Part shown: positions 1-10,469 of the stretch, one piece after another
How positions within the stretch are numbered: position 1 is the first letter of the stretch
Layout: each line of letters starts with the position of its first letter
NCBI GenBank assembly: GCA_040511255.1
Contig: JBEVHL010000677.1
Span: forward strand, 1-60,346
DNA: 60,346 bases
From: Mycobacterium sp.
GTDB lineage: Bacteria > Actinomycetota > Actinomycetes > Mycobacteriales > Mycobacteriaceae
Reading direction: 5' to 3'
The notes under the pieces: model-generated
The model's input: the letters and a program-made list of their open reading frames with translations, nothing else
Told to the model about the DNA's origin: nothing
Databases searched by the model: none
Program-made: the position numbers and the translations under genes

Positions 1-333
1 GGTGGCAAAGCGGCGCGCCAGGTTGTACGGCGAGTTGTACGACGTCGACGCCGTCGCGATCAGCCCGATCCGTTGGGTGACACCCGCCAGCACCGTCAAC
101 AGGATCAGTGGCTCGAGAAGACCGAGCGGTCGGCGACCGACGTCACCGTTGAGCTGCGGGCCGTCGGCCAAGAACAGCGAATCGAACGTGCCGCGTTCCG
201 CGGTGGTGGCCAGCTTGACGTAGTGAGCCACGTCGGTCGCGGCGAACGGGTCGCTCTCGGGCAGCCGCCACGACGCCTCGTGGTGGCCGGTGGTCATGAG
301 AAACGCATTCAGGTGCAGCTGTTTTCCGCCCAC
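1..333 (-). CDS. NtaA/DmoA/DszA-family LLM FMNH2-dependent monooxygenase, 5' part (runs off window edge)
   Basis: Not in ORF track. Manual translation from GTG at 333: MGGKQLHLNAFLMTTGHHEASWR...AERGTFDSLFLAD...LEPLILL...IGLIATASTSYNSPYNLARRFAT; GAGGGG RBS upstream. Confidence 0.9.
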   Translation of the reverse strand, partial: MGGKQLHLNAFLMTTGHHEASWRLPESDPFAATDVAHYVKLATTAERGTFDSLFLADGPQLNGDVGRRPLGLLEPLILLTVLAGVTQRIGLIATASTSYNSPYNLARRFAT

Positions 334-492
334 GCAAAGACCCCTCGTTGTGATTACCGGCTCCACCGCAACGTATCGACCGCAGGCGGGAAAATCTGCG
401 AACTTCTGCTACGGGAAAGCTGTAGTGGGAGTGCGTTGATCGCCACGGGCCCGTAAAGCAAGCTGGGCAAGCCCCAGGGAAGGAACTTCAAC

Positions 493-1710
493 ATGACCGG
501 AGTGCTCACCACCCGTCCACCTGCGATCGACTCGCCCGAGCTACAAGCGGTCATCGACGAGATCGCGCAAGACGCCGAGCGGCGCCGTACCGACAGCAGC
601 GCCGGTCGCCAACCGCAGCGCGCGCTTCGGTTGATACGCGAGAATCGGCTCGGTGCAGTCCGGGTGCCCGTCGAGCTCGGTGGCGGCGGTTACTCGAAGC
701 GGGAGTTCTTCGCGCTGGTGATCCGGCTGGCCGAGGCCGATCCTGATGTTCCGCACATTTTGCGCGTGCACTGGGGTTTCGTGGAGGATCGGCTACGCCT
801 GCGGCACTCGGAGCAGGACCGACCCTGGTTGGCCCAGATCGTCGACGGGGTCTTGTTCGGCGGGGCCAGCTCCGAGCTCACCGACCGCCCGCCCGGCACC
901 TATACGTTCGACACCACCTTGCTCGCCGAGGGCGACGGGTACCGACTCAACGGCCGCAAGTTCTACAGCACCGGCAGCCTGTACTCGGATTACCTGAGGA
1001 TCACCGCCAACGACGTCGACGGGAACCAGCGCAGCGTTCTGATTCCGGCCGATCGCGAGGGCGTCATCCACGCCGACGACTGGGACGGCATCGGGCAGGC
1101 CGAGACCGGCAGCGGGACAACCATTCTGGACAATGTGTATGTCGAGGCGTCGGAGATCATCGTGTTCGAGCGGCACGGCGAGAGCGGTCGGCCCCGCCAG
1201 TCTCAGCCGCAGCTCATCCTGCACGCCATCGCCGCCGGGATCCTGCGCGCGGTGGCCGCCGACGCCGCCGAACAGGTCCGCACCCGTCGGCGTAGCTACT
1301 CGTGGGCAGTGACCGCCGAGCCGCGACACGATCCGCAGTTGCTGCAGGTCATCGGCACTCTGGCGTCGGCTGCGTTCGTCGCCGAGGCCACCGTGCTGGC
1401 GGCTGCGGACGCCCAGGACCGCTCGGCCGGCTTCGTCTTCGAGCATGGCCGCGCCGATCCGGACCTGGAGCACGCGGCGTCGCTGCTGGCGGCCAAGACC
1501 AAGGTCGGCATCGAGGAGCTGGCTCTGCGGGCTGCCGGTGAGCTGTTCGCTGTCGGCGGAGCCTCGGCGACCCGCGCATCGGCGCACCTCGACCGGCACT
1601 GGCGCAATCTGCGGACTTTGTTCTCGCACAATCCCACTCCGTACAAGGCACGGGCGGTGGGCGACAATCTGGTCAACGGCACCCCGCTGCCTGCGGTCGG
1701 CTTCTTCTGA
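493..1710 (+). CDS. Acyl-CoA dehydrogenase-fold flavin monooxygenase, DszC/SfnB-like
   Basis: LNGRKFYSTGS, DDWDGIGQAETGSGT and LDRHWRNLRTLFSHNP motifs; GGAAGGAA RBS. Confidence 0.85.
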   Translation: MTGVLTTRPPAIDSPELQAVIDEIAQDAERRRTDSSAGRQPQRALRLIRENRLGAVRVPVELGGGGYSKREFFALVIRLAEADPDVPHILRVHWGFVEDRLRLRHSEQDRPWLAQIVDGVLFGGASSELTDRPPGTYTFDTTLLAEGDGYRLNGRKFYSTGSLYSDYLRITANDVDGNQRSVLIPADREGVIHADDWDGIGQAETGSGTTILDNVYVEASEIIVFERHGESGRPRQSQPQLILHAIAAGILRAVAADAAEQVRTRRRSYSWAVTAEPRHDPQLLQVIGTLASAAFVAEATVLAAADAQDRSAGFVFEHGRADPDLEHAASLLAAKTKVGIEELALRAAGELFAVGGASATRASAHLDRHWRNLRTLFSHNPTPYKARAVGDNLVNGTPLPAVGFF

Positions 1711-1749
1711 GCCCCGGCGCCGCACTTTTACGCACGGCAAGGCAAAGCA

Positions 1750-1778
1750 TTGAGTGCTGCCGCGGGGCGACCTAGCGT
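1750..1778 (+). promoter_or_regulatory. Putative SigA-type promoter for the ABC operon
   Basis: TTGAGT (1750-1755), 17 nt spacer, TAGCGT (1773-1778). Confidence 0.35.
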
Positions 1779-1816
1779 TGCGCTTCGGCCGTGACGTCAT
1801 ATCCAGGTAAGGACAC

Positions 1817-3403
1817 ATGCACACAGTGAAGAAGCTGGTCGCCTGCGCGATCAGCCTGGCAGTGCTGGCCGGCTGCGGCAGCAACCAGCAGTCGGCAAGT
1901 TCGGGTCCCAGCGGAGAGCCAAAACAAGGCGGCACCCTGACCTTCTCCGACGTGCAATTCGTCACCGATGCTTTGAGCACCAACTACACCACCGCGAACC
2001 TGCTGTACCAGGTGGTGGACCGGCTGGTCTATATCGACCCGAAAACCGGCGAGGTGCAAGGCTGGCTGGCCAAGGAGTTCTCCCGCAACAGCGACGCCAC
2101 GCAGTACACCTTCACCATCAGGGACGGCGTGACGTTCAGCGACGGCACACCGCTGACTGCCGATGTGGTGAAAGCAAATTTCGATCAACTCGGAAAAGGC
2201 GACTCCAGCAAGAAGATTCCGGCGTTCAGTGACTTCGTCGGCTATGACCACAGTGAGGTCAACGGCAACACCATCACGGTGTTCCTGAACCAGCCGAACA
2301 CGAACTTCTATAAAGTGGCCGCGAACGGGCGAGCTGCTATCCGCGGTCTGTCCACCTTGGCACTTGACTACGACGGACAGGCCAAGATCGCCAACGTCGT
2401 CGGCTCAGGACCGTTCGTCTACGAGTCCCAGGTTCCCGACCAAGAGGTTGTGCTCAAGAAGCGACCCGATTACAAGTGGCCCCCAGCCAAGTCGCCGAAC
2501 CAGGGCGCCGCGTACCTGGACAAGCTGGTGATCCGAGTGATTGGCGAGCCCGGCCTGCGTGCTGGCGCTGTGCAGTCCAACCAGGTCGATCTGGCCCGAG
2601 GAATCCAGCCGACCGACGAGCCCGCCCTGAAAGGTGCCGGCTTCCAGGTGATTCCGGTCCAAGCCCCCGCGTTGACGGTGAACCTGACGGCGTTCCGCAT
2701 CGGCAACGAGCTGGTCAACGATGTCCGGGTGCGCCGCGCGCTCCAACTCGGCATCGACCGACAGGCAGTTGTCGACACGGTGCTCTCGGACAGTTACCAG
2801 GCATCGGATTCCGTGCTCGGACACGATGATCCGCTGTTCACCGATGTCAGCAAGGACATCGGGTACGACCCCAAGAAGGCGGCTGCCCTGCTCGACGAGG
2901 CCGGGTGGAAGGTCGGCAGCGACGGGATACGGGAAAAGGACGGCAAGAAGCTCGACCTCACCCTGGCGGCCTCGAATCAGAGCGTGGTGTTCAGACCTGC
3001 CTTCGAATTCATCGAGGCCGGCTGGCGCGACCTGGGTATCCAGCTGGTGAACCGGGCGGGTGACACCACCCTGTTCAATGCGGCCAACACCGATCCCGCG
3101 ACACCGTTGCTCGGCACGCGCACCGGCTACAACATCGGCCTTGGCCTGCTCTTCGGTCGGGAGAACGGCAACCTCACCTTCACCAAGATCGACGACCTTA
3201 TCGCCCTGTCGAAAGAAGAGCTCAAGGCCACCGATCCCGCGCAACTCAAAGATGTTGTCGCCCGGGAACAACAGAAGATCATCGATGACCAGCTGGCGCT
3301 GATCCTGTGGGACGAGGTGCAGGTGCACGCGGCCGCGCCGAACGTGCACATCGAGTTCACCAACTACACCGAGCCGCTGTTCCAGAGCGCGTGGAAGAGC
3401 TAG
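1817..3403 (+). CDS. ABC transporter substrate-binding lipoprotein, peptide/nickel family 5
   Basis: Lipobox LAGC; YTFTIRDGVTFSDGTPLTA family-5 signature; GSGPF. Confidence 0.9.
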   Translation: MHTVKKLVACAISLAVLAGCGSNQQSASSGPSGEPKQGGTLTFSDVQFVTDALSTNYTTANLLYQVVDRLVYIDPKTGEVQGWLAKEFSRNSDATQYTFTIRDGVTFSDGTPLTADVVKANFDQLGKGDSSKKIPAFSDFVGYDHSEVNGNTITVFLNQPNTNFYKVAANGRAAIRGLSTLALDYDGQAKIANVVGSGPFVYESQVPDQEVVLKKRPDYKWPPAKSPNQGAAYLDKLVIRVIGEPGLRAGAVQSNQVDLARGIQPTDEPALKGAGFQVIPVQAPALTVNLTAFRIGNELVNDVRVRRALQLGIDRQAVVDTVLSDSYQASDSVLGHDDPLFTDVSKDIGYDPKKAAALLDEAGWKVGSDGIREKDGKKLDLTLAASNQSVVFRPAFEFIEAGWRDLGIQLVNRAGDTTLFNAANTDPATPLLGTRTGYNIGLGLLFGRENGNLTFTKIDDLIALSKEELKATDPAQLKDVVAREQQKIIDDQLALILWDEVQVHAAAPNVHIEFTNYTEPLFQSAWKS

Positions 3404-3406
3404 CCG

Positions 3407-4375
3407 GTGACCAGGTACGTGCTCGCCAGGATCGGCCAGGCGCTGGTGGTGCTACTGCTGGCGTTCACAGTAATTTTCTGGGGGGTCAGCATCCTGCCTG
3501 CCGATCCGGTGACGATCTTCGTGGCCAAGGGGGAGGGCTATTTCAACCCTGACGTCGTCACCCAGGTCAAGGAGTTCTACGGGTACGACAAGCCGGTCTG
3601 GCAGCAGTACTTCGCCCAACTGAACCATCTGGTGCACGGGCAGTTCGGCTTCTCGTTGTCCAGCGGGCAGGCGGTCACCGATCGGATCGGCAGCGTCATC
3701 GGCGAGACCCTGAAGCTGGCGTCGACGGCGACCGTGTTGGCCCTGGTGTTCGCACTGACGATTGTGCTGCTGGCAACCACGGGGAGGGTCGACTGGCTGC
3801 GGACCTTCATCCGCAGCATTCCGCCGTTGTTCAGTGCGGTGCCGACTTTCTGGCTCGGTTTGGTTGTGCTGCAGATCTTCTCGGTGCAGCTGGGGTTGTT
3901 CTCACTGTTCCCGGACGGTTCACTGGCCTCGCTGCTGATTCCGGCGCTGGTGCTGGCTGTGCCGATCTCGGCGCCGATCGCCCAGGTGCTGCTCAAGAAT
4001 GCCGAAGCGACGTTGGCGTTGCCACATATCAACACCGCGCGCGCGAAGGGCGGCACCCCTGGGTGGGTGATCCGCAAGCACGTGTTGAAGAACGCGGCAG
4101 GCCCGGCATTGACGGTCACCGCCACCACCATCGGTGCGCTGCTCGGCGGGTCGGTGGTGACCGAAACCGTGTTCTCGCGATCCGGGCTGGGCACCGTATT
4201 ACTGCAGGCGGTATCCAATCAGGACATCTCGCTGATCCAGGGCCTGGTGATGCTGACGACGGTCGTCATCGTCGGGGCGAACCTGGTGGTGGACTTGATC
4301 TATCCCGTCCTGGATCCGCGGGTCAGCAAGATGCAGCACCGCGGGTTCAACACCCGACTTGGCAGGTTCACGTGA
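3407..4375 (+). CDS. ABC transporter permease (OppB/DppB-like)
   Basis: Hydrophobic helices; TARAKG..KHVLKNA loop; VTETVFSRSGLG. Confidence 0.9.
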   Translation: MTRYVLARIGQALVVLLLAFTVIFWGVSILPADPVTIFVAKGEGYFNPDVVTQVKEFYGYDKPVWQQYFAQLNHLVHGQFGFSLSSGQAVTDRIGSVIGETLKLASTATVLALVFALTIVLLATTGRVDWLRTFIRSIPPLFSAVPTFWLGLVVLQIFSVQLGLFSLFPDGSLASLLIPALVLAVPISAPIAQVLLKNAEATLALPHINTARAKGGTPGWVIRKHVLKNAAGPALTVTATTIGALLGGSVVTETVFSRSGLGTVLLQAVSNQDISLIQGLVMLTTVVIVGANLVVDLIYPVLDPRVSKMQHRGFNTRLGRFT

Positions 4376-5241
4376 CCCTGAAGGCGCCTGAGCTGACGAC
4401 CTCGACACAGGTCCGGACCCGCACGTCTGCGACGAAGTTTCTCCGGTCGACACCGTGGTCGGTGCGCATTTCGGCCTTGGTACTGATTCTGGTGGCGGCG
4501 TGGGCCCTGGTCCCCGGGCTGTTCACCGACCAGGACCCGCTCAAGGGCAACCACCTGGACAAGTTTCAGGCGCCCAGCATCGCGCACTGGTTCGGCACGG
4601 ACCACCTCGGCCGTGACGTGCTGACGCGGGTCATCTATGGCACTTCGCACACCGTGCTGACGGCCGGCCTGGCCGTGGCGGTCGGCCTGCTGGTCGGCAG
4701 CATCATCGGAATCGCGGCCGGAGTGTCCGGCCCGGTGATCGACGCCATCGGCATGCGGCTCAGCGATGTCCTGCTGGCGCTGCCCGGATTCCTGGTCTCG
4801 GTGTGGATCGTGACTGCCTATGGGCCCGGCCCGCTGTCGGTGGGTATCGGCGTGGGGATCGGCTCGATCGCCATCTTCGCCCGGGTGTTCCGCACCGAGG
4901 TATTACGTGTGCGTTCATTGGATTTCGTCGAGGCGGCCTTCCTGTCCGGTGAGACCAGATGGTCGGTGATTCGACGACACATTCTGCCGAACGCGGTCGG
5001 CGCAGTAGTTGCGCTGGCTGTCATCGACCTGAGCGCGGCCATCCTGGCAATTTCCGCGCTGGGTTACCTCGGCTACAGTGCGCCACCGCCGACCCCGGAG
5101 TGGGGACTGTTGGTGGCGGAAGGCCGCAGCTACCTGGCCACGGCGTGGTGGCTCACCTCTCTTCCCGGGGCGGTGATCCTGGTGGTGATCGTGGCGCTGG
5201 GTGTGGTGAGCCGTCGAGTGCTGAAGTCCAACCGCATCTGA
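4372..5241 (+). CDS. ABC transporter permease (OppC/DppC-like)
   Basis: HWFGTDHLGRDV, FVEAA..RHILPN, PPTPEWG; GTGA overlap with upstream stop. Confidence 0.9.
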   Translation: MTLKAPELTTSTQVRTRTSATKFLRSTPWSVRISALVLILVAAWALVPGLFTDQDPLKGNHLDKFQAPSIAHWFGTDHLGRDVLTRVIYGTSHTVLTAGLAVAVGLLVGSIIGIAAGVSGPVIDAIGMRLSDVLLALPGFLVSVWIVTAYGPGPLSVGIGVGIGSIAIFARVFRTEVLRVRSLDFVEAAFLSGETRWSVIRRHILPNAVGAVVALAVIDLSAAILAISALGYLGYSAPPPTPEWGLLVAEGRSYLATAWWLTSLPGAVILVVIVALGVVSRRVLKSNRI

Positions 5242-5255
5242 CTTGGAGACGCGAT

Positions 5256-6875
5256 ATGTCCGAACCTCTGCTCGAACTCTCCGATCTCACGGTGACCTAC
5301 CGCGGCGACTCCGATGACGCCCCGCCCAAGGTGGCCTTGGACAGGGTGAGTCTGTCGGTGTCGGCCGGGGAGTTCGTCGCGGTGGTCGGCGAATCCGGCT
5401 CGGGCAAGACAACTCTGGCCAATGCAGTGATCGGTCTGTTGCCGGCGTCGGCCTCCGTGTCCGCAACAGCGCTGAAGCTGGGGGGCCGAGACACCCTGAG
5501 TTTGACCGAACGAGGATGGAGCCGGATCCGGGGCACTGAAATCGGGCTGGTACCGCAGGATCCAGGTGCCTCGCTGAACCCGGTGCGCACGGTCGGCGCC
5601 CAGATTTCGGAGATCTTCGAGCTGCAGAAGGCGAAGTTCACCAGGGGAGAGGTCCGGCAACGCTGCATCGAGCTGTTGGAGCAGGTGGAGATCGACCATC
5701 CCGAACAACGGCTGAAGCAGTATCCGGGGGAGCTGTCCGGCGGCATGCGTCAGCGGGTGCTCATCGCGATCGCCTTCGGCCTCAACCCACAGCTCCTGGT
5801 CGCCGACGAACCGACCTCGGCACTGGATGTCACGGTGCAGAGCCACGTGCTGCGGGTCTTCGACCGACTGGTAGCCGAACACGGCACGACCGTTCTGTTC
5901 GTCACCCACGACATCGGCGTGGCCACCGACCATGCGTCGCGCGTGGTGGTGATGCGCCACGGCGCAGTTGTCGAAGATGCCCCCGTCGAAACCATCATCA
6001 GCACACCACAATCGGAGTACGCAGCCAGGCTGGTGCGCCGTGTCGGAGTCATCGCGCCTCCCGCCCCGGTCTCCTCCGACGCCGAAGACGTTATCGACGT
6101 CGCGAACGTGGATAAAGATTTCCGCGTCACCAGGCGGACCAAACACGCTGTGCTGCAGGACCTGAACCTCAAGGTCCGGCGGGGTGAGACCGTCGCGCTG
6201 GTCGGCGAATCCGGGTCCGGCAAATCGACCACCGCCAAGATCATCATCGGTCTGGTCAAGCCGACCCGTGGCGCAGTGCGCGTTCTGGGCAACGACATCG
6301 CAGGCCTGGGCCAGCGGGCACGGCGCGACAACTGGAAGGACGTCCAATTCGTCTACCAGAACCCGGATTCCGCGCTCGATCCGCGCTGGACCGTGCGGCA
6401 GATCCTCGACAGCCCGCTGCGCGCCTACGGGTTGGGCGACAGCCGCACGCGCACCGCTCGGGTGGCCGAGGTGCTGGCGGAGGTCAACTTGAGTCAGGAC
6501 AAGCTGGATCGGCGGGCCGCCGAACTCTCCGGCGGTGAACGGCAACGGGTCGCCATCGCCAGGGCGCTCGTCGTCCGCCCCAAGATCCTGCTGCTCGACG
6601 AGCCGCTGTCCGCGCTGGACGTGGTGACGCAGGATCAGGTAATCCGGCTGCTGCTCGAACTTCAAGAAAAGCTGGGCCTCAGTTACCTGTTCATCTCGCA
6701 CGATCTGTCCGTCGTACAGCGGCTCTCCCACCGCGTCGTCGTGCTCAAGTCGGGACAGGTGGTTGAAAGTGGCGACACTGCATCGGTATTCGCCACGCCG
6801 GCGGAGGAGTACACCCGCGCACTCATCGACGCGATCCCCGGTCGCCGACTGGCTGGGTTGGTGGCGGCCCCATGA
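5256..6875 (+). CDS. Fused double-domain ABC ATP-binding protein (OppD/F-like)
   Basis: Two Walker A motifs (GESGSGKT, GESGSGKS) and two LSGG signatures; GGAG RBS. Confidence 0.92.
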   Translation: MSEPLLELSDLTVTYRGDSDDAPPKVALDRVSLSVSAGEFVAVVGESGSGKTTLANAVIGLLPASASVSATALKLGGRDTLSLTERGWSRIRGTEIGLVPQDPGASLNPVRTVGAQISEIFELQKAKFTRGEVRQRCIELLEQVEIDHPEQRLKQYPGELSGGMRQRVLIAIAFGLNPQLLVADEPTSALDVTVQSHVLRVFDRLVAEHGTTVLFVTHDIGVATDHASRVVVMRHGAVVEDAPVETIISTPQSEYAARLVRRVGVIAPPAPVSSDAEDVIDVANVDKDFRVTRRTKHAVLQDLNLKVRRGETVALVGESGSGKSTTAKIIIGLVKPTRGAVRVLGNDIAGLGQRARRDNWKDVQFVYQNPDSALDPRWTVRQILDSPLRAYGLGDSRTRTARVAEVLAEVNLSQDKLDRRAAELSGGERQRVAIARALVVRPKILLLDEPLSALDVVTQDQVIRLLLELQEKLGLSYLFISHDLSVVQRLSHRVVVLKSGQVVESGDTASVFATPAEEYTRALIDAIPGRRLAGLVAAP

Positions 6876-8242
6876 GCGCAGTGTTCTTCATCTCGTCGGA
6901 GTTTCATTTCGCTGACCGGTTCCCGCGGTGGAAGTTAGGTGACCCGGACGCCTTCCCAGGTGGCAGCCATCCGGGACGCGAGCAAGCCAAAGCGCGGTTC
7001 GCCCGCGAGCTCGAGCAGATCGGGTTCGACGCGATCTTCGTCGCCGACTTCGCCGGCCTAAACCGCTCGCAGATCAGGCATTCCGGCCCGCGCTCGTTCT
7101 CGCCGCTGACTCTGGCCACATTTCTTGCGGCCCATACCGAACGCATCGGACTGGTGATCACCGCATCCACTCAGTTCTCCGAGCCCTATACGGTGGCGAG
7201 GGAGCTGACCTCGCTGGACCGGCTCTCGGGCGGCCGGGCCGGCTGGAACGTGGTGACCTCCTTCAACGGCGAAGCCAACTACGGCTACACCGAGATTCCC
7301 GCCCCGGCGGATCGGTATCAGCGGGCCCGGGAATTCCTTGCGGTGACCAAGGCACTGTGGACATCGTGGGAGCCTGACGCCATCATCGCCGACCGGGAGT
7401 CAGAGATCTACGTCGATACCGCGCGTGTCCACGACATCAACTGGGTCGGCGAGAACTTCCGGGTGCGCCAAGCCCTCGACCTACCACCCAGCCCGCAGGT
7501 GTTCCCCGTCATCGCGCAGGCCGGTGCGTCGGATATCGGCATTGACTTCGCAGCCGAGGTGGCGGAGGTGGTGTTCGTCGCCAGTCCTGATCTCACGGCC
7601 GGGCAGGATTACTACCACACACTGAAGACCGCCATGGCAGCGCACGGCCGCGATCCGGACGACCTCAAGGTGCTGCCCGGAATCCGTATCTACCTTGGCG
7701 ACACCGACGAAGAAGCCTGGGCCGCCTACAATTCGGAACTCACCGAGCTCGACCTGGAGCGCGCACGGGAGGCCATCACCTACGAGGTACCAGGTCTCGA
7801 GCTTGCCGATCTGTCGCTCGACGCCGTCATTCCGCTCGACCGGTTCCCCGACCGTGCCGAACTGGAGCGCAACGGGCGCCGGGTCAGCCGGGCGTTGATC
7901 TACCGGGGGTGGGTGGAATCGGGGGAGTACGCGGAGCTGCGGACATTCCTGGTGCGGTATGCGACGTCATTCGGGCACTTCCAGATCATCGGTACCGCCG
8001 AGGCGGCGGCCGCGATCATCGAGCGGTGGATCGCGGAGAATGCCTGCGACGGCTTCATTCTCCTGGGTGGGTCCAGTTTCGACCGGATCGCCCACGATCT
8101 CATTCCGCTGCTGCGGCGCAGAGGGATCTTTCGCGATCAGGACAGCTCACCCGCCGAGCATCTGCGGGAGCGTCTCGGCACCCGCACCCCCGGGTTGCCG
8201 GCTACGGCAGTGTCCGCTGGAACCACAAGGAGCTCAACATGA
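6872..8242 (+). CDS. NtaA/DmoA-family LLM monooxygenase (divergent N-terminus)
   Basis: FDAIFVAD, SLDRLSGGRAGWNVVTS, PVIAQAGAS; ATGA overlap. Confidence 0.85.
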   Translation: MSAVFFISSEFHFADRFPRWKLGDPDAFPGGSHPGREQAKARFARELEQIGFDAIFVADFAGLNRSQIRHSGPRSFSPLTLATFLAAHTERIGLVITASTQFSEPYTVARELTSLDRLSGGRAGWNVVTSFNGEANYGYTEIPAPADRYQRAREFLAVTKALWTSWEPDAIIADRESEIYVDTARVHDINWVGENFRVRQALDLPPSPQVFPVIAQAGASDIGIDFAAEVAEVVFVASPDLTAGQDYYHTLKTAMAAHGRDPDDLKVLPGIRIYLGDTDEEAWAAYNSELTELDLERAREAITYEVPGLELADLSLDAVIPLDRFPDRAELERNGRRVSRALIYRGWVESGEYAELRTFLVRYATSFGHFQIIGTAEAAAAIIERWIAENACDGFILLGGSSFDRIAHDLIPLLRRRGIFRDQDSSPAEHLRERLGTRTPGLPATAVSAGTTRSST

Positions 8243-9630
8243 CCCGGCCCAGGCTGATCCTCAACGCGTTCACCATGAACACCGCGACCCACGTCGCGTA
8301 TGGGGCATGGCGCAACCCGGAGAACCGCAGCGGCGAGTTCGACCAACTCGACGTGTGGGTGGACCTGGTCAAACTGCTCGAACGCGGCAAATTCGACGCG
8401 GTGTTCTTCGCTGACGTCGTGGGACTGTACGACGACTACCGCGGTGGCTGGGACACCTACTTGCGAGAAGGGTTGCAGATCCCCAACCACGACCCGTCGG
8501 TGATCCTGTCGGCGCTCGCGCTGTCCACCGAGCACCTCGGACTGGTGACCACCAGTTCGGTCCTGCAGGACCACCCATTCTCGTTCGCCCGCAAGATCTC
8601 CACGCTCGATCACGCGTCGAAGGGCCGCATCGGCTGGAACGTGGTGACCAGCGCTCTGCAGAACTCCGCGCGCAACTTCGGGCTGATCGAGCGCGAGGAG
8701 CACGACGCCCGCTACGACTGGGCCGAGGAGTACACCGAGGTGGTCTACAAGCTGTGGGAAGGTTCGTGGGACGACGGGGCGCTGGTGCGGGACCGGGAAC
8801 GGGGCGTGCACGCCGATCCGGACCGCGTGCACAAGATCAACCATGTCGGCAAGCGCTACCGCGTCGAGGGACCTCACCTGAGCTTCCCGTCACCGCAACG
8901 CACTCCGGTGCTATTCCAAGCGGGCACCTCCACCGCGGGACGGGCCTTCGCTGCCAGGCATGCCGAGGGCGTGTTCATCAACTCGGCGTCACCGCAGGGC
9001 GCCCGGGCGGTCATCGACGACACCCGCGACAGGGCTGTCGCGGCCGGCCGCCGGCGGGAGGACATCAAGTTCCTACAGGGTCTGTCGTTCGTGGTCGGTT
9101 CCACCGAGGCCGAAGCACGCAGCCGCGCCGCGGAACTCGACGAGTATCTGAGCATCGACGGCCTGATCGCGCACCGCAGCGGCGGTATCGGGATCGACCT
9201 CGGCGGCCTGGATCACAACACCCCCATCGGTGACCTCGCCGACGACGTCCAGGGCACGCGCAGCACCATCGAGTCGTTGATTGCGGCCGCGCCGCCGGGC
9301 ACCAATCCGACGATCGCCGACCTGATCCGACAGCAGCAGGAGTCGACCCGGGTGGTCGGTACGCCCGAGCAGATCGCCGACACGCTGGAGCACTGGCAGG
9401 ACGCCGGTGTCGACGGAGTGAACATCCGCTACATCACCACCCCGGGCAGTTTCGAGGATTTCATCGACCACGTGGTGCCCGAGTTGCAGTCCCGGGGCCT
9501 GGCGCAGACCGAATACGCGCCGGGAACGCTGCGCGACAAGTTGTTCGGTGCCGGCGCGCAGCTGCCGGACCGACACCCCGCGCGGCAGTGGCGCGGTGCC
9601 TTCGCCGTGGATGACGCACTCATCCGCTGA
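8239..9630 (+). CDS. NtaA/DszA-family LLM monooxygenase
   Basis: LERGKFDAVFFAD, TLDHASKGRIGWNVVTS, SPQRTPVLFQAGTS; AAGGAG RBS and ATGA overlap. Confidence 0.9.
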   Translation: MTRPRLILNAFTMNTATHVAYGAWRNPENRSGEFDQLDVWVDLVKLLERGKFDAVFFADVVGLYDDYRGGWDTYLREGLQIPNHDPSVILSALALSTEHLGLVTTSSVLQDHPFSFARKISTLDHASKGRIGWNVVTSALQNSARNFGLIEREEHDARYDWAEEYTEVVYKLWEGSWDDGALVRDRERGVHADPDRVHKINHVGKRYRVEGPHLSFPSPQRTPVLFQAGTSTAGRAFAARHAEGVFINSASPQGARAVIDDTRDRAVAAGRRREDIKFLQGLSFVVGSTEAEARSRAAELDEYLSIDGLIAHRSGGIGIDLGGLDHNTPIGDLADDVQGTRSTIESLIAAAPPGTNPTIADLIRQQQESTRVVGTPEQIADTLEHWQDAGVDGVNIRYITTPGSFEDFIDHVVPELQSRGLAQTEYAPGTLRDKLFGAGAQLPDRHPARQWRGAFAVDDALIR

Positions 9631-10456
9631 GGACGACGACGCCTATCACGACGACGACCGCCATCAGGCTGCGATGCCTGCCGAGCCGCTCACCGAAGAA
9701 GACCGCACCGATCAAGGCGCCGAACACGATGCTGCTCTCGCGCAGCGCCGCCACCGCGGCCAGCATTCCGCTGGTCTGTGCCCACAACACGATCGAATAG
9801 GCGACCAGCGAGATCAACCCGCCCAGCAGACCCGGCCACAGGTGCGTGCGCATCTGCGTCAGCAGGTCCCGCCTGCGGCGCAGCAGAGCAATCGCGGGCA
9901 GCCCAGGCGACTGGAGCAGAAACATCCAGCCGATATATGCCAGCACGGGCGCTCGTGCCACGCCCAACCCGTCGAACACCGTGTAGGTGGCGATCATGAT
10001 GCCGGTGGCCGCCGCCGCGCCGAGTGCCCACGGGTTGACGTTGGTGATGCCGCCGACCACCACCAGGCCGATCAAACCTGCTGAGATGAAGCCGATCCCG
10101 ATCAGCTCGCGCACCGTCAGTACCCGATGGAGCAGGACGATGCTGACCATCGCGACGACGATCGGGGAGATACCGCGGGCCAACGGATAGGTCTGGCTGA
10201 AGTCGCCCAGCTGGTAACTGGCCATCAGGAGCAGGTTGTAGGCCACATGGGTGACCGCCGATGCCACGATGAACGGCCAGGCGCCGGCGGGTGGCAGTCC
10301 GGTGACCGCGACGATGGCCGCACCCACCACGAAGTACGTCATGCTGATCAGCGCGAAACCCACCAGGCGGTCCGCGATGGCATGCGCCATCGCGTTCCAG
10401 GTGGCATGCAACGCCGCCGCCGTCAGGACGGCGGCGACCATCGCGGGACTCAGCAC
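9620..10456 (-). CDS. EamA/DMT family transporter
   Basis: About 10 hydrophobic segments; LHATWNA, YPLARG, AALRESS. Confidence 0.85.
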   Translation of the reverse strand: MLSPAMVAAVLTAAALHATWNAMAHAIADRLVGFALISMTYFVVGAAIVAVTGLPPAGAWPFIVASAVTHVAYNLLLMASYQLGDFSQTYPLARGISPIVVAMVSIVLLHRVLTVRELIGIGFISAGLIGLVVVGGITNVNPWALGAAAATGIMIATYTVFDGLGVARAPVLAYIGWMFLLQSPGLPAIALLRRRRDLLTQMRTHLWPGLLGGLISLVAYSIVLWAQTSGMLAAVAALRESSIVFGALIGAVFFGERLGRHRSLMAVVVVIGVVVLSG

Positions 10457-10469
10457 GCCCTACATGGTG

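Noticed and set aside
793-6731. Long antisense ORFs (793-1983, 2405-3349, 5130-6731)
   Set aside because: Fully overlap well-supported plus-strand genes; no recognisable domains
493-9630. Dibenzothiophene dszABC operon
   Set aside because: No DszB homolog and different gene order; only family-level similarity
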